Part shown: in pieces, positions 54,199 through 64,000 of the stretch
Numbering within the stretch: position 1 is the stretch's first letter
Layout: the number at the start of each line of letters is the position of its first letter
Virus record (IMG/VR): IMGVR_UViG_3300011113_000257
Span: 46,858 to 110,857 of that record
DNA length: 64,000 bases
Direction: 5' to 3' (one strand)
From: a virus
The notes under the pieces: generated by a model
What the model was told of the DNA's origin: nothing
The model's database searches: none
Seen by the model: only the letters and a program-made list of their open reading frames with translations
Position numbers and translations under genes: made by a program

Positions 54199-54990
54199 TT
54201 ACGCTGATAACCATGTTACTACAATTACTATGCCTTGAATTCCATTGGTTCCGTTAGTTGAAGTTCCACCTGAATCAACTGAATAACCAGTACCACCATG
54301 ACCACCTGCACCGTAACCTGCCCCAACAGAGCCTATTGCAGGTAAGTTTACTAAACCCCCAGCCAGTCCATAAGGTACTTGACCTCCACTACCTCCACTA
54401 CCAGTGAAAGCAATACCAACACCCCCACCACCGCTACCCCCACCAGCACCACCGTTTACGTATAAATTAGTGCCGTTTGACCGAGGCTCCCCATTTACGC
54501 CATCAACAAACCCGTACTCACCATCGCCTCCACTGCCGCCAGTACCATTAAACGAACCAGAAAACATTCCGTAGTTAGAACCATCACTGCCTAATGCTTT
54601 TATACTAGCAAAAGTGGAAGAAGTGCCGTTAACAACTCCTCCGTTAATTCCACCAGTTCCTATTGTCACAGACTCTGTAGAACTTAAAAGAGATGCATCA
54701 TAAAAAATAGTTGAGACGCTACCACCACTGCCACCATCACCGCCAGTTCCTACATTAAATGTCCCATTACCACTCCCCCCGGCTTGTCCACCGCCTACTG
54801 CAACCACATAAACAATGTCTGCGTTTTCAGGTTTAGTCCAAGTCCCAGATGAAGTAAAAACAGAAATAGAGGGTGCACTAAGTTTTTGCCAGTCAATAAG
54901 TTCCCAAGCACCTTTGGATGAAACATATTCCCACGTGACATTGTCAATAGTGTATTGCTCGCCACTATCGGGATTAGAAGGAAAAGACAT
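54199..54990 (-). CDS. glycine-rich virion/tail protein
   Basis: FPS.P..G..Y N-terminus; FTSSGTWTKP...VGGG; Gly-rich. Confidence 0.75.
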   Translation of the reverse strand: MSFPSNPDSGEQYTIDNVTWEYVSSKGAWELIDWQKLSAPSISVFTSSGTWTKPENADIVYVVAVGGGQAGGSGNGTFNVGTGGDGGSGGSVSTIFYDASLLSSTESVTIGTGGINGGVVNGTSSTFASIKALGSDGSNYGMFSGSFNGTGGSGGDGEYGFVDGVNGEPRSNGTNLYVNGGAGGGSGGGGVGIAFTGSGGSGGQVPYGLAGGLVNLPAIGSVGAGYGAGGHGGTGYSVDSGGTSTNGTNGIQGIVIVVTWLSA

Positions 54991-54992
54991 AA

Positions 54993-55895
54993 CTAACCAT
55001 ACCAAACTGTGAATGTAACTAAACCAGCACCGCCAGTACCACCAGCACCACCACGTCCAGAAGCACCAGCAGTAGAGCCTTCTCCACCACCACCGCCACC
55101 TCCGCCATAGGAGCCTCCAGCACCACCAGTAAATCCATTAGTTGTACTAGAAGCACCACCAGCACCACCACCGCCAGCGCCATTGTAGTAAGCATTAGAC
55201 CCTCCAGCGCTACCATTAGCACCAGCAGAACCTGTAGCAGCAGTTAGCGTAGATGAAACTGGGATTCCGCCAGAACCGCCAGCACCAGCGCTTCCACCTT
55301 GTCCTCCTTGACCACCACCAGGAAGTGATGAACTGTACCCAGAACCGTTTCCACCAAACATTCCAATTCCACTGGCACCAACAGCGTTAGTTCCCGTAGT
55401 AACGCCACCACCCCCTGCTTCTCCGCCAGTTGCGCGTAGGAATGTTGATGCACCTGAACTTATAGAAGTTGTGCCTCCAGTACCACCAGAATTACCAGCA
55501 AGCGCTGTTGTTCCTGTTGCGGTCACCGTGCCAGCAGTTCCACCTGTTCCAACAGTTACAGTAACTGATGCGCCCGCGCCACCCAAGTCCTCTGCTCTAA
55601 ATATATAGTCTGAAAGACCACCACCTCCGCCACCACTTCCGCCAGAGTAGGTACCAATAGTAGAGTTTCTAGCACCGCCACCGCCACCGCCACCCCCACC
55701 AATGCAAGTTACTTTAATAACTTTTGCTCCAGCAGGAATTGTAAATGTATTACTAGCAGTAAAAAATGAGAATGTAGGCGAATTTAATTCATTAAAAGTT
55801 GTAACTTCCCAAGAATTTGTGGCAGAGTAGTAAGTATAAGTAATGTTATCTAAAGTATATGTTTGACCATTTGTAGGACTAGATGGAAAAGGCAT
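54993..55895 (-). CDS. glycine-rich virion/tail protein
   Basis: FPSSPTNGQTY; [11 protein letters not shown]. Confidence 0.78.
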   Translation of the reverse strand: MPFPSSPTNGQTYTLDNITYTYYSATNSWEVTTFNELNSPTFSFFTASNTFTIPAGAKVIKVTCIGGGGGGGGGARNSTIGTYSGGSGGGGGGLSDYIFRAEDLGGAGASVTVTVGTGGTAGTVTATGTTALAGNSGGTGGTTSISSGASTFLRATGGEAGGGGVTTGTNAVGASGIGMFGGNGSGYSSSLPGGGQGGQGGSAGAGGSGGIPVSSTLTAATGSAGANGSAGGSNAYYNGAGGGGAGGASSTTNGFTGGAGGSYGGGGGGGGEGSTAGASGRGGAGGTGGAGLVTFTVWYG

Positions 55896-55897
55896 AA

Positions 55898-56956
55898 TTA
55901 TTCATACCAAACCGTGATAAAAACACAACCTTGAGCGCCAGCGCCACCGTTACCACCAAAAGCCTCGTCACCGCTTCCACTAGGAGTGGTTCCTCCGCCA
56001 CCTCCACCACCACCGTAGAGACCTCCAGTACCACCGTAGTATCCTAAGGCTGATGAAGCAGTAATCATGTATCCCCCACTTGGCGCACCATTACCACCAC
56101 CACCTGAGCCTACTACAGCAGGTGGAGTTTTTGCAGGATAGTAAGTATTCACAAATTGAGTTGGGCTATTAGTTCCAAGAGTGGTTATATTAGCGTCAGT
56201 TTTAGAGATAGCAGTACCAACTGCTGTACCAAGTGTTAAGGCAGATGCTCCTGCACCTCCGTTGCCAGTATTAGTTAAGTTGTAAGTGCCTCCACCGCCA
56301 CCTCCACCTCCAGGAGAAGTTTGAAGACTTGCTGAAGTTGCAGAAACACCGTTATTAGTTGCAGAAGTTGTACCACTCCCACCAGAACCACCAACGCCTC
56401 CTACCCACATACCAAAACCACCGCTCCCACCAGTAGTTGCGCTTGTAGACCCTGAAGATGGGGCAGTACTACCGCCTCCACCCCCAAACGCACTTACGGT
56501 ACCTGCATTACCGCTATCAGCAAATTTTATGCTAGAGGTTCCCCCTGTAGTCCCAGCAGTTCCTAAAACATATTGAGCAAGAGAGTTAGTACCTCCGCCA
56601 TTACCGCCAGAACCGCCAGCACCAACTGTAATAACTGCAGTAGTTTTATATCCAGTTACAAGATTGTAAGTAAATATTGACAGTCCACCACCACCACCTC
56701 CAGCCCCTCCTGGAGTGTCGTCGCCACCGCCTCCGCCTCCGCCTCCGCCACCAATACAAATAGCATGTACCACGCGAGCGCCAGTTGGAATAGTCCAAGA
56801 AGACACGGAAGACGTAAAAAGATGCGTTGTTGGAGCCTTTTTAGGGATAGAAGTATCTATTTCCCAGCGATTGTCTGTAGCATTATAGGTATAACGAGTG
56901 TCAACAGAAATAAACTTATCACCGTTAGAAGGTGATAGAGGAAAAACTGTAGCCAT
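55898..56956 (-). CDS. glycine-rich virion/tail protein
   Basis: FPLSPSNGDKF; [12 protein letters not shown]. Confidence 0.78.
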   Translation of the reverse strand: MATVFPLSPSNGDKFISVDTRYTYNATDNRWEIDTSIPKKAPTTHLFTSSVSSWTIPTGARVVHAICIGGGGGGGGGGDDTPGGAGGGGGGLSIFTYNLVTGYKTTAVITVGAGGSGGNGGGTNSLAQYVLGTAGTTGGTSSIKFADSGNAGTVSAFGGGGGSTAPSSGSTSATTGGSGGFGMWVGGVGGSGGSGTTSATNNGVSATSASLQTSPGGGGGGGGTYNLTNTGNGGAGASALTLGTAVGTAISKTDANITTLGTNSPTQFVNTYYPAKTPPAVVGSGGGGNGAPSGGYMITASSALGYYGGTGGLYGGGGGGGGTTPSGSGDEAFGGNGGAGAQGCVFITVWYE

Positions 56957-57015
56957 ACCCGTGCTCCGTCATGTGGTCTTTGTGGTAGTTATAGTTTACC
57001 TTAAGACGGAAAAGG

Positions 57016-57711
57016 CTATCTGACCCAAATCATACCAACAGAGGGGTCTTGAGTATAACCACCAGCCTGTTTCCAACCTATAGTTCTCCACGCATCATTA
57101 GTATCAGAAATCCACTCATAAATTGATTCAATTTCTGAGATTGGACGGTACTCTTCAGGCTCTAAAAGATGATGAGTAATCCGCTGGAGCGCGTATTCTG
57201 TGTAGCCATTTACCTCAAAGAGTTTTTTGACATCTAAAATATGCTTATCCATGTACTCAAGATGCCATTCAAAACATAGGCGCTCGGTCTTACATGACAT
57301 TCCAGCAATAACGCGAGATTCTCCGCCTTCAACATCAATCTTGATAAGTTCTGGAACCCCATACTGTTCAACAAGAGTGTCAACTGTGCAAGTTACTGCT
57401 TTAGTTACTCTATAACTCATCCCTGTGACACGAGAAACACCATCTGTAAGCCAAGAAATCTCGGTGGTAGAACTTCCATCACCTTTTCCGTATTCGCCAT
57501 TACCACACTCATAAAACTCAATATCTAAGTTTGGAGTATCACTAACTGCAAACTTTAGAGGTACTACGCGAGGGTCATTAAAGAAATTTTTAACCAAAAG
57601 GGGATACATACGTTCGGCTGGTTCAAGAGCGATAACTTTATCAAACCCTTGCTTTAGAGCAATATCCGTAGCCTCACCACGATTTGCACCAATATCAAAG
57701 AACAAACGCAT
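57016..57711 (-). CDS. FkbM-family methyltransferase
   Basis: FDIGANRG, ALEP, IKIDVEGGE. Confidence 0.88.
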   Translation of the reverse strand: MRLFFDIGANRGEATDIALKQGFDKVIALEPAERMYPLLVKNFFNDPRVVPLKFAVSDTPNLDIEFYECGNGEYGKGDGSSTTEISWLTDGVSRVTGMSYRVTKAVTCTVDTLVEQYGVPELIKIDVEGGESRVIAGMSCKTERLCFEWHLEYMDKHILDVKKLFEVNGYTEYALQRITHHLLEPEEYRPISEIESIYEWISDTNDAWRTIGWKQAGGYTQDPSVGMIWVR

Positions 57712-58715
57712 TACATCAGCCTTTGCGACCAAGTTTTAGGAGTTTTTTCTGTGACAAACTCCAAAGGTAAATGATAACTAAAAGGCTTAGCACCTTCAGA
57801 ATCAATCCATGCTACAAGTTCTTTTAGACCTTCATCAAGTGTTGTAGAAGTTTGGTATCCAAGCAGTTCACGGGCTAGTTCTGAAGAACACTCAGCGCGA
57901 TAAACTTCCTGAGGACGACCAGGCATATAGATAGGGTCTAAATCAAAGCCAATGATTCCAGCCAACTTTTCTGCAAGTTGGTTAATTGTGATTGTTTCCT
58001 CGTCTGGACCAATATTTACAACTTTACCATCAGCAATATTTGTCGTTGCAGCGAGTGCAGATGGGTTAATAACATCTTGAATAAATGAAAAACAGCGTTG
58101 CTGAGTTCCGTCACCATAGATAATTGGTTGCTTACCCTGAAGCATACGATTAGTCATAATTGAAGCCACGTTACGATATGGGTCATCATACTTTTGACGC
58201 GGACCAATGATGTTATGCGGAACCATAATTGTGTATTCAAGACCATGAGTTGTAGCAATGTTTGCTACAAGACGTTCTGCTTCGTACTTTGAGATACCGT
58301 AAGGGTCTTGAGGCTTTGGAGTCATATCTTCGGTGTATGGAAGAGTATCCTGCGTACCATAACGTGCCATAGAAGAATACTGAACAACTTTACGGACTCC
58401 GCACTTTACTGATGCGCTCATTACTGAAGCCACAAGCAACGAAGTATTACGAACAATTAATGCAGGAGAGAATACAGAAAGACCTTCGTAGGCAGTGCAG
58501 GCTGTGTTAAGAACAATATCTGCGCCTTCAAATGCTTTATGTAAGTTTTCAGGCTCAGTTGCGTCGGTCTCAAAGAACTCAACGCCTTCTGGAATGTTAC
58601 TCTTGTAGCCACCAAGAAGATTGTCTACACCAGATACTTCCCAGCCCTGAACAAGAAAGTGGTCAGCCATGTGACTTCCTAGAAATCCTGCGACCCCTGT
58701 AATTGCTACTTTCAT
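57711..58715 (-). CDS. NAD-dependent nucleotide-sugar epimerase/dehydratase
   Basis: ITGVAGFLGSH, SSMA.YG, YGISK, GDGTQQR. Confidence 0.9.
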   Translation of the reverse strand: MKVAITGVAGFLGSHMADHFLVQGWEVSGVDNLLGGYKSNIPEGVEFFETDATEPENLHKAFEGADIVLNTACTAYEGLSVFSPALIVRNTSLLVASVMSASVKCGVRKVVQYSSMARYGTQDTLPYTEDMTPKPQDPYGISKYEAERLVANIATTHGLEYTIMVPHNIIGPRQKYDDPYRNVASIMTNRMLQGKQPIIYGDGTQQRCFSFIQDVINPSALAATTNIADGKVVNIGPDEETITINQLAEKLAGIIGFDLDPIYMPGRPQEVYRAECSSELARELLGYQTSTTLDEGLKELVAWIDSEGAKPFSYHLPLEFVTEKTPKTWSQRLM

Positions 58716-59479
58716 GCTATCCACTCCGTAAGTTTGTCTAAGTTTTCTTTTATGTATTCGGGGTATGTATCATCGACAGGAACAACAACTAAGTCCATGC
58801 CTTGTCTACGAAACAAATCCGTTCGGGACTCAATACTACTAGCAATATTGTCTAGGTTAGTTATTGAATCAAAGTTAAATTCTTGGTGCGAGAACGCTTC
58901 AATCTTTTTCTTGATATTTTCTGGAGTCTTGATGTAGGAAAAATGCCAACCAGCATCAGGGATTAGTTCATGGTCCATAAATCTGACTTCCGTGTGGTTT
59001 GTAAAGTGCTTGTAGGAAATGTACTTAGAACGCCAACACATCTCAGTTGTAAGAACATTAAATTTGTAATAATAAGTCTTGTAGTGAAAAGCACCACCAA
59101 ATTCATTAAATCCGTTTTTAAGGCTCTCAATCAAAGACCTACGAGGAATCTCGTCTGCATCTGATAAAAGAATAAGGTCTTTATCCTCCAACTCAAGATA
59201 CTGTAGGTTTTCCTTGCAGAGATGATTTTTCTGGAAATATTCTCTGTCCCACTGATTTGCAAACTCCGCTCGTGGAACAGTAATAATTTCTACCTTGTCA
59301 GCGTACTGAGGATAGCGCTGATGTAGATGCTCAGAGAGGTATAGAGGCTTTGGAATTCCTGTAAAGGTTTCCTCGCACTCAACAACAACAAACTTATCTA
59401 CTAAGTCGTAAAGTTCTCTAAAACGTACATCTAAGATAAGAAATTCATCAAAGAATGGAAAGCAATCAACTACTTTCAT
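58712..59479 (-). CDS. GT17-like glycosyltransferase
   Basis: DCFPFFDE..IL..R..EL...VD.FV.VE...TFTG.PKP, SDADEIP, GWHFSY...KIEAFSH. Confidence 0.85.
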   Translation of the reverse strand: MKVVDCFPFFDEFLILDVRFRELYDLVDKFVVVECEETFTGIPKPLYLSEHLHQRYPQYADKVEIITVPRAEFANQWDREYFQKNHLCKENLQYLELEDKDLILLSDADEIPRRSLIESLKNGFNEFGGAFHYKTYYYKFNVLTTEMCWRSKYISYKHFTNHTEVRFMDHELIPDAGWHFSYIKTPENIKKKIEAFSHQEFNFDSITNLDNIASSIESRTDLFRRQGMDLVVVPVDDTYPEYIKENLDKLTEWIA

Positions 59480-59997
59480 TTAACAGCCTTTAACTCCCAA
59501 ATAAGCCAATAAGGAATACTTTCATGCCAATGTTGACTTACTAACTCAAAGTTCCCAACAAAACCGTATTGATGGCACAAATCCATTGACTGGTCCCAGT
59601 TTGTTTTTTCAGATGGCTGTATAAAATAAAGAATGCTGTTCCCACTAATGTAATTCACATGCTGAGGGTCTTGAAAAGCCTCGTGATGAGGAAGTGCTGG
59701 AGTAGCAAAGTATGCAGTTCCACCAGGCTTAAGAACGCGCCATACTTCACCCATAATGTCAATGAATGGTTGCTTACGCTCTCGACCTAAGTAGATAACA
59801 CGAGGGATATGTTCTAGGAAATCATAACCTGAAACGTAATCAAAAGAGTTGTCATCAAATGGAATAGGGTCAATAGTTAGGTCAGCAACTTTAATATTTG
59901 GGTTACCAAGGTCAACAATATCTACGCCGTAAATCTCATCTGCGTTGTATGGATTTTTAGGATTACTTCCGCAACCTAAGTCAAGAGTTTTTGTCAT
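59476..59997 (-). CDS. class I SAM-dependent methyltransferase
   Basis: LDLGCG, FLEHI, RVLKPGG, DPQH. Confidence 0.88.
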   Translation of the reverse strand: MTKTLDLGCGSNPKNPYNADEIYGVDIVDLGNPNIKVADLTIDPIPFDDNSFDYVSGYDFLEHIPRVIYLGRERKQPFIDIMGEVWRVLKPGGTAYFATPALPHHEAFQDPQHVNYISGNSILYFIQPSEKTNWDQSMDLCHQYGFVGNFELVSQHWHESIPYWLIWELKAVK

Positions 59998-60686
59998 TAT
60001 GCACCTATTCTTTTAATTTTTTCTATGTCTTTGGTAAATTTTTCTTTTATGTATTCGTAGTAGCCTGCTTTGTCGCTCTCCATAAGAATAGAAACTTTTT
60101 TACTTATGTCATCTAGAGGCGCTCTTCCAACAAAAGAATGCATATGTTTCATAATAACTTCATCAAAATATTTAATATTTCCTGTTTCCTTACCAACAGC
60201 CATCCAAAAATTATCAAAGAAGTTATGAGCAACCGCAGGACAACCAAAGAATCCAAGAGTAGTGACAAGATTACTAGAGACGCATGGGTGGGTAGGAAGT
60301 CTCTCACCGTGAATTGTGTCATTTCCATAAACTACTCCGTAAGGAACACTCTTTAAGTAGTCTATAAATTTTGATTCCCAAAGAGTCTCAAAAACAATGT
60401 CATCAGCCGTAAAAGCCATATATTTGTATTTACTAGCAATATCTAAAGCAATGGTGTTTAGTTTTTGCATCAAAGTATTACTGGCAGATTGAACTGTAAT
60501 ACTTGTGATTCTTTCGTCTGAGTTAAGGTAATCAAAGACTTCTACATTGTCATCGTCAATAATTACATGTAAATCTGATAAACCTTCAGATTGCTTCTGC
60601 CAAGAATCAATAGCGTTAGTAAGACGAACTTTACGCTCTTCTCCTGCATAACGTATTGGAAGAATTACTGCAATTTTATCCAGCAT
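59997..60686 (-). CDS. GT-A (GT2-like) glycosyltransferase
   Basis: IAVILP.R, IIDDD, F.ADD, HNFFDNFW, H.H; start re-called at MLDKIA. Confidence 0.78.
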   Translation of the reverse strand: MLDKIAVILPIRYAGEERKVRLTNAIDSWQKQSEGLSDLHVIIDDDNVEVFDYLNSDERITSITVQSASNTLMQKLNTIALDIASKYKYMAFTADDIVFETLWESKFIDYLKSVPYGVVYGNDTIHGERLPTHPCVSSNLVTTLGFFGCPAVAHNFFDNFWMAVGKETGNIKYFDEVIMKHMHSFVGRAPLDDISKKVSILMESDKAGYYEYIKEKFTKDIEKIKRIGA

Positions 60687-61929
60687 TGATGTAGTCCTTA
60701 ATCTTTTGTAGGTCGTCATTGAATCGGGTGCTCTTATACTCAGCATATTTTTCTCTATCAGACTCAAGCAGACCAGTAACCTTATGGTAGATAGAGTCTG
60801 GAGTCCAACCAGTTCTACGATGGTCCATAATCACATCTGGCATAAACTTTTCAGTACCAAGTTCTTTGGCTACCTCACTCCAGAAGTTATCAAAAAAGTT
60901 ATGAGCAACTACTGGACATCCATAAAATCCAAGCGCACGAACCATGTTTGTTGTAATACATGGATGAGTGCCCCAGTCAATATGGTCTGGTAAATCTAAG
61001 GTATTCCCATGCACAAGACCAGCAGGAACGCTACTTAAATACTCAATGAACTGAGACTCCCATAGTGTCTTAAACACTAAGTCATCTCCAACAAACATCA
61101 TGTATTTGTATGTTTTTGCTAGTTCTGGTCCAACTGTATTTATCTTCTCCATAAGCGTTAACTCTGGAGATTGGACAGTAACACTGAACTTATTTACGTG
61201 CTCATTAAGGAATTGAAAATTATGAACGTCATCAGAATCAATAATAATGTGGATATCTGAAAGACCTTCAGTAACCTTTGACCACGAATTAAGACACTTA
61301 ATAAGCCTCTGCGCTCTACCTGTACCGTTATCTCTAACTGGAAGAACAATAGCAATCTTGTCTAACTGAACATTAAAAGTTTTAAGACTGTTATGTACTG
61401 CAAACCTATGAGCAGGGTCAAGTTCTTTAAGGTTTCCTAGTTTAATGAAAATATCTAGGCTTTCACTTTGACGGTCTAACCACCAAGCACTAAGACCTTT
61501 TTGGAACTGCAAAGCATGTACACCAACATACCCAACATCAACAGGAAGTGGTGATAATTCTTTGTTTGCATGGACAAGACCTAATTCAGCAAAAGTATGA
61601 CACTCTTGCCAGTTTGCTGTCTTCTCATAAAATTTAGATAGTTTGTAGTACGCCTCTGGTCGCTCTGGGTCGTGCTCAACAGCCTGAAGAAAACTATTGC
61701 TAACATTCCAATCACGTTCCCCTTGACGCTCTAAACAGATTCCAACTTTAATGAGAGAAGAGTAGACAATTTCTTTAGTTGTTCCATACTCTGCTGCCCT
61801 AAGGTAGAAAGAAATTGCTGAAGCATTTTGACCAATGTTTTCATACTCAACGGCTATCTTAAAATTAAGTTCCGCGCTGTGGGGCTCAAAAGATAGGGCT
61901 GAAACTAGTTCTTGAATATTATTGTACAT
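60676..61929 (-). CDS. TPR domain fused to GT2-like glycosyltransferase
   Basis: N-terminal TPR-like (P.RPEAYY.L); C-terminal paralog of the adjacent GT. Confidence 0.78.
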   Translation of the reverse strand: MYNNIQELVSALSFEPHSAELNFKIAVEYENIGQNASAISFYLRAAEYGTTKEIVYSSLIKVGICLERQGERDWNVSNSFLQAVEHDPERPEAYYKLSKFYEKTANWQECHTFAELGLVHANKELSPLPVDVGYVGVHALQFQKGLSAWWLDRQSESLDIFIKLGNLKELDPAHRFAVHNSLKTFNVQLDKIAIVLPVRDNGTGRAQRLIKCLNSWSKVTEGLSDIHIIIDSDDVHNFQFLNEHVNKFSVTVQSPELTLMEKINTVGPELAKTYKYMMFVGDDLVFKTLWESQFIEYLSSVPAGLVHGNTLDLPDHIDWGTHPCITTNMVRALGFYGCPVVAHNFFDNFWSEVAKELGTEKFMPDVIMDHRRTGWTPDSIYHKVTGLLESDREKYAEYKSTRFNDDLQKIKDYINAG

Positions 61930-62929
61930 TTGACAGAGCCTCTAATACGTATTTGTCTACAATTTGTTTTGGTACATCAAGAACATACGCAGCGTTGTCT
62001 TGAAATCCAAAGGTAACTAATAAGTTTTCACCGCGAATAGCAGCGCCAGCGCAGAACTCTACGCGAGCATCTAAAAATGTAATTGGATTTGGAGAGATAC
62101 CAACTAGATTCCATTGGTCATCCCACACGCAAAATCTGTGTCGGTAGATACCATCTTTGCGACCTAAGTAATTGTTAAATAGGTATACCTCATGCGTAAT
62201 TGATACGCGATAGTTACCCCAACGAAATACTTGAGAACCACCTCTTTGGTCTGCTGGAGCAGAGACTCCTTTACGAACAAAGAGTTGCTCGCAACGAGGA
62301 GGGTTGTCTAAGTGTGCTTTAACAAGTTCTGTAGGAGCGGTCCATTTAACCATATGAAAAGGCATATCAAGAACTGGGACCCAGTTCTTTTCGCAGTACG
62401 AATTACCGTCAAATGGAGCAGGAATTCTATGACGAGAGATTTCTTTTGCAGTCCAGTTTTCTTTGTCAAGTTCGATTTCACTGAACTCCATACGACCTTG
62501 ACCATTTGTAGTTGTGTCGCGACGAACACCAATTAGGTAATACTTATCGTCCCAATAAATTAAACGAGCATCTTCAAGACCAACAAACTCCCAAAGAGGT
62601 TCAACATCAAGCAGAGATGTGTCAACAACTGTTGATTTTTCTATTTCTAGGTTTTCGTTTAATTTACATAAATAATTTGTTGTAGCAAGACGTTGGTCTG
62701 TTTCAGGATGTAAATATGCAAGTGGACCCCAACGACTAGTAAATCGTTGATTTCCCTCAGAATGGTAGAGCGTGTAATTTACGTGTCTTAGGTTTACAAG
62801 AATATCCCCGTCTTTATCAATAAAAACAGATGGATTCATTAGACCAGTACTATTACTAGCCTCATTAGCAATAATAAGCGGAGATATTTTTCCACCACTA
62901 GCCAAAGTTTCTTGCACGAATGTTGTCAT
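61919..62929 (-). CDS. beta-propeller glycosidase-like protein, copy 3
   Basis: MNPSV, LEDARL, EKNWVP, RGGSQ, VEFCAG, FGFQDN. Confidence 0.72.
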   Translation of the reverse strand: MTTFVQETLASGGKISPLIIANEASNSTGLMNPSVFIDKDGDILVNLRHVNYTLYHSEGNQRFTSRWGPLAYLHPETDQRLATTNYLCKLNENLEIEKSTVVDTSLLDVEPLWEFVGLEDARLIYWDDKYYLIGVRRDTTTNGQGRMEFSEIELDKENWTAKEISRHRIPAPFDGNSYCEKNWVPVLDMPFHMVKWTAPTELVKAHLDNPPRCEQLFVRKGVSAPADQRGGSQVFRWGNYRVSITHEVYLFNNYLGRKDGIYRHRFCVWDDQWNLVGISPNPITFLDARVEFCAGAAIRGENLLVTFGFQDNAAYVLDVPKQIVDKYVLEALSNVQ

Positions 62930-62963
62930 ATGTAGTCCTTTAGTTACCTAATGTTACTACATA

Positions 62964-64000
62964 CTATACGTAAACCTCGACAATAACTACACCAGCAGCA
63001 CCTGCACCACCTGACCTATTGGTTGCTTGGCTTGCGGTATTAACTCCTCCGCCTCCGCCCATTCCATAAACTAGACCAGCAGTCCCATTACCGCCACTAG
63101 CACTTGCTTGTGCATAACTTTGAGGAGATAGCGCAGTCCCACCACCATAAATCCAAAAAATAGAATCTCCACCCGTGTTAATACTAAAACTTCTACCACC
63201 AGCAGTACCAGAAAGATTTAAGTCACCACCTGAACCAACACCTGGTGCAGCGCCAGCAGCACCATAAATAGGTGCAGCACTGGCAACGTCACCACCTGCT
63301 CCACTACCACCAGTGGCTTGCAGAAGTGCTCCAAAAGAAGTTGTGCCACCAGAAGCACCAGCGTTATTACCTGCAGTACCGCCAGAGCCTCCTGCTCCTA
63401 CGGTAACTGTTTCAGTTGCACCGAGAGCAGAAGCAAGAATAAATTCTTCAGAGTATCCACCTCCGCCACCAGCACCTCCAGCAGCAGACTGACCAGCAGC
63501 AGTTGTGGCGCATCCACCGCCACCACCGCCACCACCTACAAGTCTTACCCTAACTGCGCGAATGCCACTGTATGAAGCCTTGGTAAAGTTAGCACTTCCA
63601 GAAGTGTAGTAAATGGTCTGTAGTAGACGGTAACCGTCTACCCAGCCAACATCATAATTAGTTGCAGAAAGTTTAGTTAATACGGTTCCTGTAGCGCCAC
63701 CAACTGGAACACCAGCACCTTGTAAACCCTGAATACCTTGGAAAGATAAGCCTTGAATACCTTGTAATCCTTGCGTACCCTGTGCTTGAGCAAACCCAAG
63801 ACCTTGAATACCTTCTATGCCCTGTAAGCCTTGAATGCCTTGTGCGCCTGTAGAGCCTACAGTTCCTTGAATTCCAGTTGCGCCTTGAGTTCCTGTAGCA
63901 CCCTGAGTGCCTGTGCTACCAGTTGTTCCTTGAGCGCCTAAGATTCCTTGGATACCCTGTAGACCTTGAATTCCTTGAGTGCCTGTAGCACCTTGAGTTC
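62964..64000 (-). CDS. collagen-like/Gly-rich tail fibre protein (5' end beyond the window)
   Basis: Hand translation [15 protein letters not shown]... (G-X-Q/T repeats), then Gly-rich domain ending GVVIVEVYV* at 62964. Confidence 0.8.
   Translation of the reverse strand, partial: TQGATGTQGIQGLQGIQGILGAQGTTGSTGTQGATGTQGATGIQGTVGSTGAQGIQGLQGIEGIQGLGFAQAQGTQGLQGIQGLSFQGIQGLQGAGVPVGGATGTVLTKLSATNYDVGWVDGYRLLQTIYYTSGSANFTKASYSGIRAVRVRLVGGGGGGGGCATTAAGQSAAGGAGGGGGYSEEFILASALGATETVTVGAGGSGGTAGNNAGASGGTTSFGALLQATGGSGAGGDVASAAPIYGAAGAAPGVGSGGDLNLSGTAGGRSFSINTGGDSIFWIYGGGTALSPQSYAQASASGGNGTAGLVYGMGGGGGVNTASQATNRSGGAGAAGVVIVEVYV

Noticed and set aside
1-64000. tRNA, rRNA or tmRNA genes, introns, inteins, reverse transcriptase or DGR
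   Set aside because: No cloverleaf or T-loop signature seen in intergenic gaps; NrdJ, TerL, PolA and helicases are of normal length without intein motifs; no RT motif found

Overview
The window is part of a large tailed dsDNA phage genome. Two WhiB proteins, a ClgR-like regulator, DUF3039, an r1t-type holin, GAAAGG-type SD sequences and pervasive leaderless starts point to an actinobacterial host, probably freshwater. (1) 1-13.1 kb is a minus-strand 'early' island of about 30 small, mostly acidic or Zn-ribbon genes plus a MoxR AAA+/VWA pair. It is built from repeated cassettes: terminator, a 14-mer AAAAAATTTCAGTT, a sigma-A promoter with a conserved ATGTCAGG spacer motif, a 5' hairpin with an A-starting pentaloop, then the SD. 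(2) 13-16 kb holds a small-terminase-like gene, a holin and small genes. (3) 16.15-16.59 kb is a candidate origin with two perfect DnaA boxes, 22-bp inverted/direct repeats and a 14-bp palindrome at the strand switch. (4) 16.6-38.5 kb carries nucleotide metabolism (NrdJ, thioredoxin, dCMP deaminase, ThyX, HAD phosphatase), two Mom-like acetyltransferases, cell-wall hydrolases, a serine recombinase, a CWDG-repeat/SUEL-lectin surface protein and TerL. (5) 38.6-54 kb is replication and recombination (Prim-Pol/D5 helicase, metallophosphoesterase, WhiB x2, SSB, Sak4-like ATPase, Cas4-like nuclease, SNF2, RuvC-like, PolA). (6) 54-64 kb has Gly-rich and collagen-like tail proteins flanking a glycosylation cluster. 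The best candidates for an undescribed system are an RNA-level regulatory layer. One part is a promoter-driven three-hairpin small RNA at 27626-27802 whose middle loop is an anti-SD sequence complementary to the RBS of the early genes. The other is 16 covarying pentaloop leader hairpins in the early genes, with an Arg-rich 50-aa peptide as a possible reader. All product calls come from motif recognition by eye; no database searches were run.
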